Assembly (NCBI RefSeq): GCF_009914755.1
Contig: NC_060927.1
Strand: one strand, 5' to 3'
Origin: the human T2T-CHM13v2.0 reference genome, Homo sapiens
Length of the DNA: 64,000 nt
Of this stretch, positions 11,700 through 24,639 are shown in pieces. A program made the position numbers and the translations under genes. The first letter of the stretch is position 1, and each line of letters begins with the position of its first letter. The notes under the pieces were generated by a model, which was not told where the DNA came from, searched no databases, and saw nothing but the letters and a program-made list of their open reading frames with translations.

Positions 11700-14600
11700 T
11701 TCAAATGATGTAATGCATTGGGTCTCATCAAACACCATCTTTAAAATTTTGTCAGGGTTATAAGTTTAACTAATAGAACATATGTTAGAAATATTTTCAA
11801 AAATTTTAGGTAGGATTGCCCTACCAATCAATGCTAGTTTAAGATATTAGTCAATTATCTCCATTATGGTGGTAAAAGTGAACAGTTCTGGCTACTTAGA
11901 TATGTTACATAGCAATAAAAGAATGGAAAACTATGAAATTCTCCATTGAAATATAATCAATTTATCAAGACTTATCTAGTGATTACATATTATAAACAAG
12001 GAGGACACTGAGCAATCTTCAGGTCCTTTGATATAATAACAAATGTATATAATTGCCACTTATTGTTTCCAATTCAAATATTATGAATATTTAGAAACAA
12101 ACATTAATTTGTAGGCAATTGTTAAGCCACTTTGTGTACTTGAACTTGAGTATGCTTTTTTTAACCTGAAAAGTGCACCATCATTGAAATATATTTATAT
12201 TAGTATGTCTTACTTTCACATAAACAAAATTATAAAGACTGAATTTCTCTCATAGTCTGTTAGTTTTTTTGGTTACTGTTTTTTCTTTCTTTTTAAGTTT
12301 GATAAAGATAGAATTCTCACAATAGTTAGAAGTCACTTAAAATTTGAGGAATGCCAGTTGCTTTTATTATCCTTACTTTTAAAGATGAAATGAAGAAGCA
12401 AAATTCTTGTTATATGATGGCCATTCCAGAAAAAATGAAGAGAGGTTTATACATAAAAGACATTTTAACAGTTGTACTCTTCTGAATTTGAGCTTGAATG
12501 CAGTAAAAGCAACATTTTAAAAGAATTAACTGGAAGAAATAGTTATTGGGAAAAATAATAGCATTGGGAATAATAATTAGAAATATATTTTTCAAAGAAT
12601 AACAAATTTTGTATCAAAATAAATAACAAAATTTATATCTCTTGGTAGAGAATAACTTTATTTTATAGAAAGGAATACAAATTATACTCTTTCTTAACTT
12701 CACAAATCATAATTTTAGCTTTAACATATAAGTAACATTTTAAACATTAAAAATGCAAATTCATATTAAAATTACATTAATAAACTATAACAATTTTTAA
12801 AAATAAATCATATCCATTATTTTGTATATTCATATTTTTCTATAATTATATATACAAATACAGAAAAATGTACATATATATATATTTATTGTACTTTTTA
12901 TTGATTATACCTTTAACCAGAGTAATCAATTCTGTTTCTTCCATAGAGGGACATAGAGAAAACTGAAAAATAGAAAATCGCAAACTCCCTATTTTTTTAT
13001 GTTTGTGAGGACATATTTTATATCAAGGTTACTAATTTTAACACAGCAAGAAAGATAAACCTGTATAGCATCATCCAATGGTATTCACATACTCTACAAT
13101 TTTCAGAAAAAAAGGTAAAATAAGCAGTATAGTCACTAAGGTTTGTAAATTTATCTTACCTGCAAGTTCATATACCCACAAATTATTTTATTAACCCAAC
13201 ACAATATTAGTTTAATGTCTTAAAATTAGTTAAAAATTTGGAAATTATAATTTAAATTGACACATCAAGCTGTTTTTATTTGTAACATTTTAAGAACTTA
13301 TTTATGAATTAACTATTTTTGAAACGTCAATTATTACAAGTTAATTTAAACATAATTTTAATATTCAACATCTTATACAATTGTGAAAAATGAAAATAGA
13401 TGTGACTCTTAAAATCAATGTAGAAAGTTTATTAACATTAGCTCATGAAAATTATAGTTTTGAATATGCTAGAATATTGGGTTGATATTAATTTTAAATA
13501 AGATGTATAAGGAGACAGTCATCTTTAAATCAATATAATTAAATAATCCCAAATTATCCAAAGATTCATATATTTATCAAGAATATAAAACAAATCTCTT
13601 ATTAATAAAATTTATAGATATAAATAAACTAAAATATAAAGACTCCAGATAATATTTACATGTACTCTTCTTGTTTAGGATCACAGCTCCTTTTTTTCTC
13701 ACCTTGTAACAACTGAATTACTCATTTACACCCAGAGCTGAAGTTTGGGGTTTTTCTTTTAAACATAGACTACTTGTTTTAAGCAAAAGGAATGCTGCAT
13801 AATAATTTAGATTTAATTATTTAAGAAACTCCTAAAATTCATCTGAACTAGATATTTTTAGATCGCATCCATAATAACAGAAACAGAATTTGACCAATTA
13901 GCATTCATAATACCCAAGTAGAAAAGAAATGAAAAAAGTACACACACGTACACATACACATAAACATGCGCACACACAAAATTAAGAGCAGGTTGGCTTA
14001 GACAAAAGTAAAATGATTATTGTAGAATCCAATGATCTTCCCTCTAGTAGAAAGAGAGAATGATTAGATGCAGAAAACCCATTTTAAAACCTGCAAACAG
14101 GAGAATTGCTTCAACCTGGGAGGCAGAGGTTGCAGTGAGCCGAGATTGCGCCACTGCACTCCAGCCTGAGCAACAGAGCAAGACTGTCTCGAGAAAAAAC
14201 AAAACAAAACAAAACAAAACCTGCAAACACACACTCACCCACCACAAGAAGGGAGTTATTAGAGTTTATTTAAATTAAGTGATGTGTCTCAAGTGACTTG
14301 TCTTTTAGATAGATTCTTCTCATGAAGTGTTCAACCATTTTTGTCCAAAGACACCTCTTAAAAGACCAAATTTATTTGCATCAAAAGTGCCTTAAATTAA
14401 TTGCCACTCTAATTATAAATGTTTCCAAGGAAATGCCTCAAAGTACTCAAATGATTGACAGAAGAGGCATCTATACAAATAGGGCACCAGCTTAGTGTGA
14501 ACTTTTCAACTGATATTGCCTATTGCCTTCCGGTGGTGAGAAGTAAAAAAAAAAAAAAAAAGTGGGATCTCCCTAAAAATTAAACAAATTCTTGTACACT

Positions 14601-14900
14601 TGCCTCATCTTAAAAGACACTAGGAGTGAAAAGCAAATAGATGGTTCTCATCCAAAGATGATTATAATAATGCTTATGATTATACAAAGGCTTGATAGAA
14701 CTCAAAACACAAAAGGGCAGAATGCCAAGCAAGGGAATAACTCATGCAGATTTCCTGTAACAGGGGCCCATAATAAGGGAGATAACAAATGATCTTCAGC
14801 ATGTCCTACCCTTGTCAAAATTTCCCTAGACACTAAATCTGTGGAAGCAGAAAAACCAAATGCAAAACAAATTTTAGTCTTTATTAAAAAAATTTTTTTT
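11700..14900 (-). mobile_element. Probable degenerate ERV (MER4-group-like) internal sequence
   Basis: Composition and short motifs resemble non-coding ERV1 internal regions; no ORF; boundaries uncertain. Confidence 0.3.
14098..14215 (+). mobile_element. Severely 5'-truncated Alu (3' part of right arm only) with (CAAAA)n tail
   Basis: CAGGAGAATTGCTT...GACTGTCTC plus A-rich tail; perfect 14-bp TSD AAAACCTGCAAACA at 14086-14099 and 14216-14229; TTTT/AAAA endonuclease site. Confidence 0.93.
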
Positions 14901-14924
14901 GAATGTAAGATCAGTGCAAAATAA

Positions 14925-16038
14925 GTATCTTAGCAATTTGGGCTGCTATAACAGTACACCATAGGTTTGAGAAAGGAGGAAGGAAGAAACGAGTCAAGCA
15001 GTCAGGTAGGTGGGTCATTGGTAAAACACCTTCAAACAAAGAACAGCCCAAAAATTAAGCTGTGGGCCCCAGATAAGGAAAAGTGCACATCCTTAAATGA
15101 AAATACCTATTCTGTCAACCCAGATGAACAAATTCCACTTTTTTTTTTTTGGACAAATTTCTCTCTCCTTGGTGCACCTTCTTCTTGTTTCACACATTTT
15201 TTCCCAATTAGTCCTTAACTTTTACCTATTTTACATTTACCTATGTTTCTGTGATTGACTGTAGGCTGCATTTTCATTTGCATAAAGTGTAACGTCACTC
15301 CAGTCCCTGATTAGTTGCTGGTAGAGCCTTCACCTCTGCCTCCAATTGGTTCTTTTCACTATCATGTCTCTTTCTCAATGCTGCTTCCTCCAAGATGCCC
15401 ACAGCCCAGTCAGCACACTCCTTTCCGTTCCCAATCCATAAAAATCCCTGAATTTATCACTACAGCTGGTGACCCTCTTTCGGGTCCCCTTTCCTTGCTG
15501 GGGCTTTTCTGTTGCTTAATAAATCCAACTCTGCCTTACACTCTCTAATGTCCACTTTCCTTATTCTTCTTGGTCGTTGGACAGGAACCAAATGCTTGCT
15601 GGCAGTGGGAGTAAAATAGCTGTAACACTCCCTCCCAATTGCCAAACAGCAACAGTGAAAAAGCTATACAGATTCCGTGGCTTAAGCAACAGATGTTTAT
15701 TTCTCACAGTTCTTAGTTCTCACAGTTCTTGAGGCTAGCAAGTCCAAGTTTAAGGTGCCAGTAGGTTAGCTTCTCTGTGAAACCACTGGCTTCCAAGTTA
15801 TCTCTCTGGCTTGCAGATAATCACCTTCTCACTGTATCTTCTCATGGTAGAATGAGATCAAGTTGAGGTCTCTTTCTCTTTTTAAAAAAGACACTAGTTT
15901 CATCATGGAGTCTCTATCCACATGATCCATCTAACCCTAATTACCTTCCGAAGACCTCACCTCTTAGCACCATCGAATTAGGAGCTAGAGCTTCAACACA
16001 TACATTTGGGAAAAAACACAAACATTAATTTCATAACA
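14925..16038 (-). mobile_element. MLT1A-like MaLR LTR interrupted by an ERV1 LTR
   Basis: GTATCTTAG...GGGCTGCTATAACA..ACACCATAG resumes at 15671 with GGCTTAAGCAACAGA..TTTATTTCTCACAGTTCT and ends ACACAAACATT...CATAACA. Confidence 0.75.
14968..15670 (+). mobile_element. ERV1 (MER4-group, MER84/MER87-like) solo LTR
   Basis: TGAGAAAGGAGGAAGGAAGAAAC...AGCTATACA; CCATAAAA and AATAAA signals; degenerate TSD GGTT/GATT; family name uncertain. Confidence 0.7.
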
Positions 16039-16155
16039 ATAGGTGTTGTGAGGGAATAAGCAGCTTGCTAATCTTATAGGATTGATTGGGAAAGATCAGT
16101 CAAGGTTTGGTTTTGTCCTCAGAATTATTCACTCTTCAAAATTTCAGATGTGTGG

Positions 16156-18015
16156 TGATATAGTTTGGCTCTGTGTCCCCATCCAAATGTTAACTTGTAG
16201 CTCCCATAATTCCCACATGTTGTGGGAGGGACCTAGTGGGAGATGATTGCATCATGGGGGTGGGTCTTTTCCATGCTGTTCTCGTGATAGTGAATGGCTG
16301 TCATGAGATCTGATGGTTTTAAAAATGAGAGTTTCTCTGCACACGCTCTCTCTTTGCCTGCTGCCATCTATGTAAGATGTGACTTACTCCTCCTTGCCTT
16401 CCACCATGATTGTGAAGCTTTACCAGCCATGTGGAATTGTAAGTCCATCAAGCCTCTTTCTTTTGTAAATTTCCTAGTCTTGGGTATGTCTTTATCAGCA
16501 GCATAAGAACAGACTAATACAGTAAATTGGTACCATGAGTGGGTGTTTCTGAAAAGATACCTGAAAATGTGGAAGCGAATTTGGAACTGGGTAAAAGGCA
16601 GAGGTTGGAATATTTTGGAGGACTCAGAAGAAGACAGGAAAATGTGAAAATGTTTGGAACTTCCTAGAGACTCGTTGAGTGGCTTTGACAAAAATGCTGA
16701 TATTGATAAGAACAATAAGATCCAGGCTGAGGTGGTCTCTGATGGAGATGAAGAACTTGTTACAAACTGGAGAAAAGGTGACTCTTGTTACGTTTTAGCA
16801 AAGAGACTGGCTGCATTTTGCCCCTACTCTAGAGATGTGTGGAACATTGATCTGGAGAGAGATAATTTGTGGTATCTGGTGGAGGAGATTTCTAAGCAGC
16901 AAAGCATTCAAGAGGTGACTTAGGTGCTGTTAAAGGCATTCAGTTTCAAAGGAAAACAGAGCATACAATTTTGAAAAGTGTTCAGCCTGACAATGCAACA
17001 GAAAATAAAATCCCATTTTCTAAGGATAAATTCAAGTTAGCTGTAGAAATTTGCATAAGTAACAAGGAGCCTAATGTTAATCCCCAAGACCATGGGGAAA
17101 ATGTCTCCAGGGCATGTCAGAGACTTTTGTGGGAGCCCCTCCAATCACAAGCCTATAGGCCTGGTGGGCAGGGTGCAGGGTCCCCATGCTGTGTGCACCT
17201 TAGGGACTTGATGCCCTGCATCCTAGCTGCTCTTGCTGTGGCTGAAAGGGACCAACACAGAGCTTTGGCTGTGGCTTCAGAGGGTGTAAGCCTCATGCCT
17301 TGGGAGCTTCCATGTGGTGTTGAGCCTGCTAGTGCACAGAAGTCAATAATTGAGGTTTGGGAATCTTCACCAAGATTTCACAGGATTTATGGAAACACCT
17401 GTATGCTCAGGCAGAAGTTTGCTTTAAGGGCAGAGCCCTCATGGAGAATCTCTGCTATGGCAATGCAGAAGGGAAATGTGGGACCAGAACCCCCACACAG
17501 AGTCCCTACTGGAGCATTGCCTAGTGGAGCTATGAGAAGAGGGCCACCATCCTCCAGACCCCAGAATGGTAGATACACTGACCACTTGCCCCATGCACCT
17601 GGGATAGCCACAGACACTCAATGCCAGCAGATGAAGGTATTGTGGACAGAGGATGTACCCTGCAAAGCTAAAGGGGCAGAGCTGCCAAGACCATACCTCT
17701 TTCTTCAGCATCACCTGGATGTGAGACATGGAGTCAAAGGAGATCATTTTGGAACTTTAAGATTTGAGTACCCTCTGATTTCAGACTTGCATGGGGTCTG
17801 TATCCCCTTTGTTTTGGCCAGTTTCTCCCATGTGGAATGGCTGAATTTATCCAATGCCTGTATTCCCATTGTATCTAGGAAGTAAGTAACTTGCTTTTGA
17901 TTTTACAGGCTCATAGGCGAAAGGGACCTGCCTTGTCTCGGATGAGACTTTGGACTGTGGACTTTTGGGTTAATGCTGAAATGAGTTGAGACTTTGGAGG
18001 ACTGTTGGGGAGGCA
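16156..18015 (+). mobile_element. THE1B-like MaLR: 5' LTR (16156-16521) plus internal region; 3' end of internal region and 3' LTR missing
   Basis: TGATATAGTTTGGCTCTGTGTCCCC...GACTAATACA, then GTAAATTGGTACCA MaLR-int; breaks at GACTGTTGGGGAGGCA; ORF 16971-17885 is the MaLR internal ORF remnant. Confidence 0.92.
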
Positions 18016-18400
18016 GTAAAGTTTCAGGATACAAAATCAATATAAAAAATTAATAACTTTTCTATACACCAAAAACATCGAAGCTGAGGGCCAAATCAAG
18101 AATGCAATCACATTAACAATAGCCAAAAGTAAAAGACAATACAAAGGAATACATCTAACCAAGGAGGTGAATAATGTCTTCAAAAAGAACTACAAAAGAC
18201 TGCTGAAAGAAATATAAGATGACACAAACAAATGGTAAGGCATTCCATGCTTATGGTTTGAAAGAATCATTATTGTTAAAATGGCCATACTGCCCCACAC
18301 AATTTACAGATACAATGCTATTCCTATTAAACTACCAACATCATTTTACACAGAATTAGAAAAAAATAAAAGATTCTAAAATTTATAGAGAACCAAAAAA
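18014..18400 (+). mobile_element. Internal L1 ORF2 fragment (old L1PA), no tail or TSD
   Basis: CAGTAAAGTTTCAGGATACAAAATCAAT...ATTGTTAAAATGGCCATACTGCCC...GAACCAAAAAA. Confidence 0.85.
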
Positions 18401-18869
18401 CAGGAAAGGGTTTTAAACAATTTTTCACAGTTAGCTATGAAGAATCAAAAACTGTCATTTTTCTTCTTGGGGGTTTTATTTTAAAATAGGACAATATCTT
18501 ATGGAACTAAGTATCCTATAGAAGGTCAGATAACAGTGAACAGAAAAAAAAAATAGAATGAGTCAGCTGAAGATTATAAGCATTAGAATTTTCTGTTATT
18601 CCAAAATGAAGTCCTGACATTTGCAACCTGAACTATGTATTAGATATATTCCTGAAACACAATGGGAAAATAAGGCACAGATTAAATCCACAGTTAAGTA
18701 GTACAAGACTACTCTACTCCCTATTTCTATACTGCAGTGTTATTTCCCTATTAGTATTTACTTCCAATTCAGAAGTCTCTATTTTGTGGTACTCGTGTCT
18801 CTGGTCTAGGACATCTTTCTCCAACAAGAAAGACAAACTTGTCACAGAAAACTTGGAATAAAAGACTTT

Positions 18870-19160
18870 CCCCTAAAAAGCTTTAAAGCTATATATAAAA
18901 AACACCTATAGTAAATACGATTATTTCAATTTAATATCAATAATGCTTAACATATTAGTAGAAAGTTTGACTAGTATTTAGATAAAAGAAAGACGAAAAG
19001 GATGTTTAGGAATTAGAATGGGAGTAATAAGTATCACACTCTTTGAAGAAAATATAAGCTTAAACAAAAAAACACAAACAGAACTATGAAACACATATTC
19101 AGACTAATAGGAACGTTCAGCAAGATTATGATACCTAAACATATATAAAATAAATTTATT
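18870..19160 (+). mobile_element. Ancient L1M ORF2 fragment
   Basis: Degenerate AAAGCTATATATAAAAACACCTATAG...CTAATAGGAACGTTCAGCAAG. Confidence 0.45.
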
Positions 19161-19344
19161 GGAAATTTTCTATTACTGTAAAATATGTTATTTTTCTCAT
19201 CTTTATTTTAACAAAATCTATTGATGATGCCAGTTACCTCATTCACTATCACCCATTTTTCTTTATTTTTGAAGTAAAACTACCTTTTAAGAGACGTCTA
19301 AATTTGGTTTCCTCTTCCCTCACCCTGACAAAGAAACTATTCAG

Positions 19345-19700
19345 GCTCTTCCAGTCAAGAGTCTATCAACATTCTTCCTATCAAGGCCACCAATAACCAT
19401 GATATTATTAGATCCATTTGTCAATTCTCAGTCTTCATCTTTCTCTACTTCAAACTTTTATTTTTCCTCTTATCATCATATCACTCAATCTGTCTCCTTT
19501 GCTGTTTACCTCTCTTCCCCCTCAACCTTTTACTAGTGTCTAGTCCAAGAACCTAAGCATGATATATTTTTTTTTCTTTCTCTACAGTTACTAATTTGGT
19601 GATCTCATCAAGTCTTATGAGTGTAAGTGACATGTTGTTAACTTGCACATTTACAGCTTTAGTTCCAACGTTTCTTCTGAGCTTCACATTTATATAACCT
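19345..19700 (+). mobile_element. L2 fragment
   Basis: TCAAGGCCACCAATAACC...TCAATTCTCAGTCTTCATCTT...GGTGATCTCATC. Confidence 0.6.
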
Positions 19701-21245
19701 ATACAGGATTTTGTATTAGGAAATGATGAAATAAGAGCTGTAATTTTTCTCTAAAAATTAGTCTTACAGGAAAGTGAAAGATTAATTGGTGATCTCTTCA
19801 TGGTGACTTGTTTAATGATTTATTTACCAAATAAAAGATAATAGTATCTCTGGGAAGCAATACACTGAGTCTGAAATGCCACAGATGGTGTTCAAATGGC
19901 CATATGGATTTTAAAAGAATATACCTATTATTGATAACAGAGTTGAGATCCTAGAAAAAATAAATATTTTGAACTGTCTTGAATTATTTAGAGTGTTGAA
20001 GTCATGTGGCTTAATAGGATTTGGGGGTTTTCTTAAAATGAGAAGTGAGAGCTCCCTGTCCAACACATGATCATATAAGACTACGATGCAATTGGAGAAT
20101 ACATTTACAAAGCAATGAAAAAAAAAAAACTAAGTAGCTGAAATTCAAAAATAGTCTGATGGGTCCCTAAATGACTTCAATAAGAAGTCATAATTATTAC
20201 ATGACTGTAGAGGGAGAGCTTGAAGAGGAGCATTAAACTTCAACCCAAAATAGTCTGTATTTGTTCTTTTATTGTTTTCCTCTGGCAAACTGTTTAATAA
20301 GAATTGGTGAGTGTTGTGATGTTGCTGTTAAGACCATTTAAGTATTATTGCATCTCAGAGCTAAAGGAGACTCTTTTATGCCTTTATAAGATGAGTTTGC
20401 TAGAGAAAAAAGAAGAGAGGGAGGGAGAGATTAATTATGAGGTAAGTAGAGAATAGTCTCCATGGGGTAGCAAACAAGCAAACATTTCAAAGAGTTGGAA
20501 ATTGCAAGCAGAAGACAGATTAAAAAGAGGCCTAGATAATTTATGAACTGCACAGGAAATTCTGAATAATGAAGATATGACTGTAAACTAAATAAATGTA
20601 CAGCTTCTTTCTGTGTATGCCAAAAACTTACTAAGAGAAGTCAGTGTTTACATGAGCAGAAAAAGTACATTCTACGTAATGTTATTCTAACATCAACTAT
20701 GTTACGAACTGAAAATTAATTTAGCTAATCCCTACAGTAATACACTGACATGTTATAAATTTCAAGTTCAAACAGTTAAATCTATTTATGACTACAAATT
20801 TTTTAAGTCTAATGCATAAACCCTCTCAATGCTAAATTAACAGTTTGATAAGCCTAAGATGAAAATGTTTGAATCATATTTTGATCTATTTGCAAGGTAG
20901 GGACTTCATGGTCTAAATTACTTGAAAATTTATGAAAAAAAATGTTGAATCACAGCTCTTATCTCTTGCCATTAATTCTTAAGAACTTATTAAAATTATT
21001 CCAAAGCTTCTTTGCATGGTAAATTATACTTTTTTCCACGTAAGAGCACCTGATTGATAAGCTTTTACTTGTTAATTATGTAAAGGAACCAATTAAAAAT
21101 ATTATTTTGATGCACAATTGTCTCTGAAGGTGTTAGGGTTCTAATGGTAATGCAAGGACTTCTCAAATTGTTATTTATAAATAGTTGATACACAAGTAAT
21201 ATAACTACAAAAAGCATCTGATAATGTGGCCATGTGTTACAAAAT

Positions 21246-21697
21246 TGTTACATGTGTTCATATAAGGGACCACCTGAAAAGGCTTAGTGTGAGCAACGAG
21301 GCTGTTTATTCACTTGGGTGCAAGCGGGCTGAGTCTGAAAAAGGAGTCAGCGAAGGGAGGTGAGATTATCATTGGTTCTTTCAGGTTTGGGATAGGCAGT
21401 GGAGGCAGGAGCAATTTTTTGCATGCAGGGAATAGATGTTACAAAGTACATTCTCAAGGGTGGGGAGGGTGTATTGTCACAAGGATGGGGAGGAATGTTA
21501 CGAAGTACATTCACAAGGGCAGGAAGGATGTACTGTCACAAGCAGGGGGAGGAATGTTAGGAAGTACATTCAAAAGGGTGGGGAATATCACAAAGTACAT
21601 TCACAAGGATGGGGAATATCACAAAGTACATTATCACAAGGGCAGGGGATTGTCACAATGGCTTGACTGTGGTGGGGCCAGCTCATAGGGCCTTACA
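21246..21697 (-). mobile_element. HERV-H/F-related solo LTR (MER48/LTR21-like) with internal tandem repeats
   Basis: LTR7-like antisense GTGTGAGCAAC..GCTGTTTATTCACTTGGGTGCAAGCGGGCTGAGTC; TG/CA ends; TSD AAAAT/AGAAT; about 5 AAGTACATT-containing repeats at 21444-21632. Confidence 0.8.
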
Positions 21698-22114
21698 AGA
21701 ATGAAATAAATTCTCACAGCTAAAATAACAACAACAACAAAAATTAAAAGCTCTGCAAAATGTTAATGAACTAAACTCTTAACAACGTTTTAAATAGAGC
21801 ATAAATGCTCAAATATCTAGCTGAAATTATCTTTCCTTTTAATTCATTTAATATTTTACATAATGAGTGGCTTTTGATTTATATAAAATAACAGATTCCA
21901 TCTGTTCTCTATTCTAATTTGTATCTTGGAACAATAGAATATCACCAGGTAAATATAACTCAAATATTGGGATATAAGTTTACTTTCATTAAACATAATT
22001 AAAGATGGAACAAAATGAAAAATTTGAGGATTTTCTTATCACAAAAGTCCACAATATTATTTCCCCTAGCTATGTGTTATGGATTGTAATCATTTCATTT
22101 GCAAGAAAAATATT

Positions 22115-24251
22115 TGACATGGTTTGGCTGTGTGTCCCTGCCCAAATCTCATCTCAAATTGTAATCCCCATTTTACAGGGGAGGGGCTTGATGGGAGGTG
22201 ACTGAATCATTGAGGCAGACTTAACCCTTGCTGTTCTTGTGATGGTGAGTTCTCATGAAATCTGGTTGTTTGAAAGTGTGTGGCACTTAGGCCTTCTCTC
22301 TCTTTCTCTGGCTCCACCATGGTGAGTTATGCTTGCTTCCACTTCACCTTCTGCCCTGATTGTAAGTTTCCTAAGACCACCTAGCCATGCTTCCTGTACA
22401 ACCCGTGGAACTGTGCATCAATTAAACCTCTTTTCTTCATAAATTGCCCAGTCTCAGGTAGTTCCTTACAGCAGTGTGAGAACAAACTAATACTGAAAAT
22501 TGATACCAGGAGAGTGTGGCCCTATTATACAGATAACTGAAAATGTGGAAGCAACTTTAGAACTGGGTTACAGGCAGAGGTTGGAACAGTTTGGAGAGTT
22601 CAGAAGAAGAGAGAAAGATGAGGGAAAGTTTGGACCTTCTTAGAGACTTGTTGAATGATTTTGATCAAAGTGCTGATAGTGATATGGACAATGAAGTCCA
22701 CACTGAGGTGGTCTCAAATGGAGATGAGTAACTTATTGGAAACTTAAGCAAAGGTCACTCTTGTTATGCTTTAACCAAAGAGACTGTTAGCATTGTGCCA
22801 CTGCTCTAGGAATATGTGAAACTTTGAACCTCAGAGAGATTATTTAGGTTATCTGGTGAAAAAAATTTCTAAGCAGCAAAGCATTCAAAATGTGACCTGA
22901 GTGCTCTTAACAGCATGCAGTCATATGTGTTCACAAAGAGATGGTCTGAAATTAGAACTTATGTTTAAAAGGGAAGCAGAGCACAAAAGTTTGAAAAATG
23001 TGTAGCCTGACCATGTGGTAGAAAAGAAAAAAAAATATTCTGGGGAGAAATTCAAGAAGGCTGCAGAAATTTGCATTAGTAAAGAGGGGCTGAATATTAA
23101 TAGCCAAGACAATGGGGAAAATGTCTCCAAGGCATGTCAGAGACCTTTGCCAGAGCCCCTCACATGACAGGCCTGGAGTCTTAGGAGAAAAGTGTGGTTA
23201 TGTAGGCCTTGCCCAGTGTCCCTCTGCTCTATGCAGCCTCAGGACATGATGCCCTGCCCCCAAGCTGCTCCAGCACCAGACTTGTCTAAAAGGTGCCAAT
23301 GTACAACTCACGCTATAGTTTCAGAGGGTGCAAGCCTCAAGACTTGGTGACTTCTATGTGATGTTGGGCCTGCAGGTGTGCAGAAGGCAAGACTTTGGGA
23401 ACTTTTACCTAAATCAGAGGATGTATGGAAATGCCTGGATGTTTAGGCAGAAGTCCCTTCCCTACTTTTGAGGTTTTAGGATTCAGACTAGCTTTCTTCC
23501 TCCTCAGCTTGCAAATGGCCTGTTGTTGGACTTCACCTTGTGATTGTGTGAGTCAATACTCCTTAATAAACTTTCTTTTATATGTAAATCTATCCTATTA
23601 GTCCTGTCCCTCTAGAGAACCCTGACTAATACAGAATAGAAGCATTTATCCAATGCCTGTACCCCTATTGTATCTTGGAAGTAACTAACTTCCTTTTGAC
23701 TTTATCAGCTCATAAGCCAAAGGAATTTACATCGTCTCAGATGAGGCTTTAAACTTGAACTTGGGTTAATGCTGGAATGAGTTAAGACTTTGGAGGACTG
23801 TTGGAGGTTATGATTGTGTTTTGAAATGTGAGGACATGAAGTGTGGGAGTGGCCAAAGCCAGAATGATATGGTTTGGCTCTGTGTCCCCACCCAAATCTC
23901 ATCTTGAATTGCAATCCACACGTGTTGGGGGAGGGGTCTGGTGGGAGGTTATTAAATCATGGGGGAAGACTTCCCCTTTCCTGTTCTGAAGATAGTGAGT
24001 GAGTTCCCAGGATATCTGGTTGTTTGAAAACATGTGATACTTTCACCTTCTGTCTCTCTCTCCTCCACTATGGTGAGACATGCTAGCTTCCCCTTTGCCT
24101 TTTGCCATAACTGTAAGTTTCCTGAGGCCTCCTAGCCATGCTTCTTGTACAGCCTGTGGAACCATGAATCAATTAAACCTCTTATCCTCTTATCCTCTTA
24201 TAACCCAGTCTCAGGTAGTTCTTTATAGCACTGTATGAACAGACTAATACA
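22115..24251 (+). mobile_element. MSTA-like MaLR provirus (5'LTR 22115-22494, internal, 3'LTR 23865-24251) with part of the internal region replaced by an MLT2A piece
   Basis: Two similar LTRs TGA(C/T)ATGGTTTGGCT...CTAATAC; TSD ATATT/ATGTT; MST-int motifs. Confidence 0.9.
23453..23633 (+). mobile_element. 3' ~180 bp of an MLT2A (HERV-L) LTR embedded in MST-int
   Basis: CTTCCCTACTTTTGAGGTTTT...CTAGAGAACCCTGACTAATACA is the reverse complement of the MLT2A at 53159-53340. Confidence 0.85.
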
Positions 24252-24331
24252 ATGTTACAAACTAATGTACCTGTCTATACAAAAAAGTATTTCCGAGATT
24301 TCAGCTAAAATTAGAAATATAATGATACCTA

Positions 24332-24639
<308 letters not shown>

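Noticed and set aside
16971-17885. 304-aa ORF, the longest in the window
   Set aside because: Lies wholly in THE1-int; a known MaLR internal ORF remnant with a non-ATG start and upstream stops; no sign of domestication
21444-21650. Spaced AAGTACATT repeats resembling a CRISPR-like array
   Set aside because: Internal tandem repeats of an ERV LTR; the spacers are related to each other; the DNA is eukaryotic
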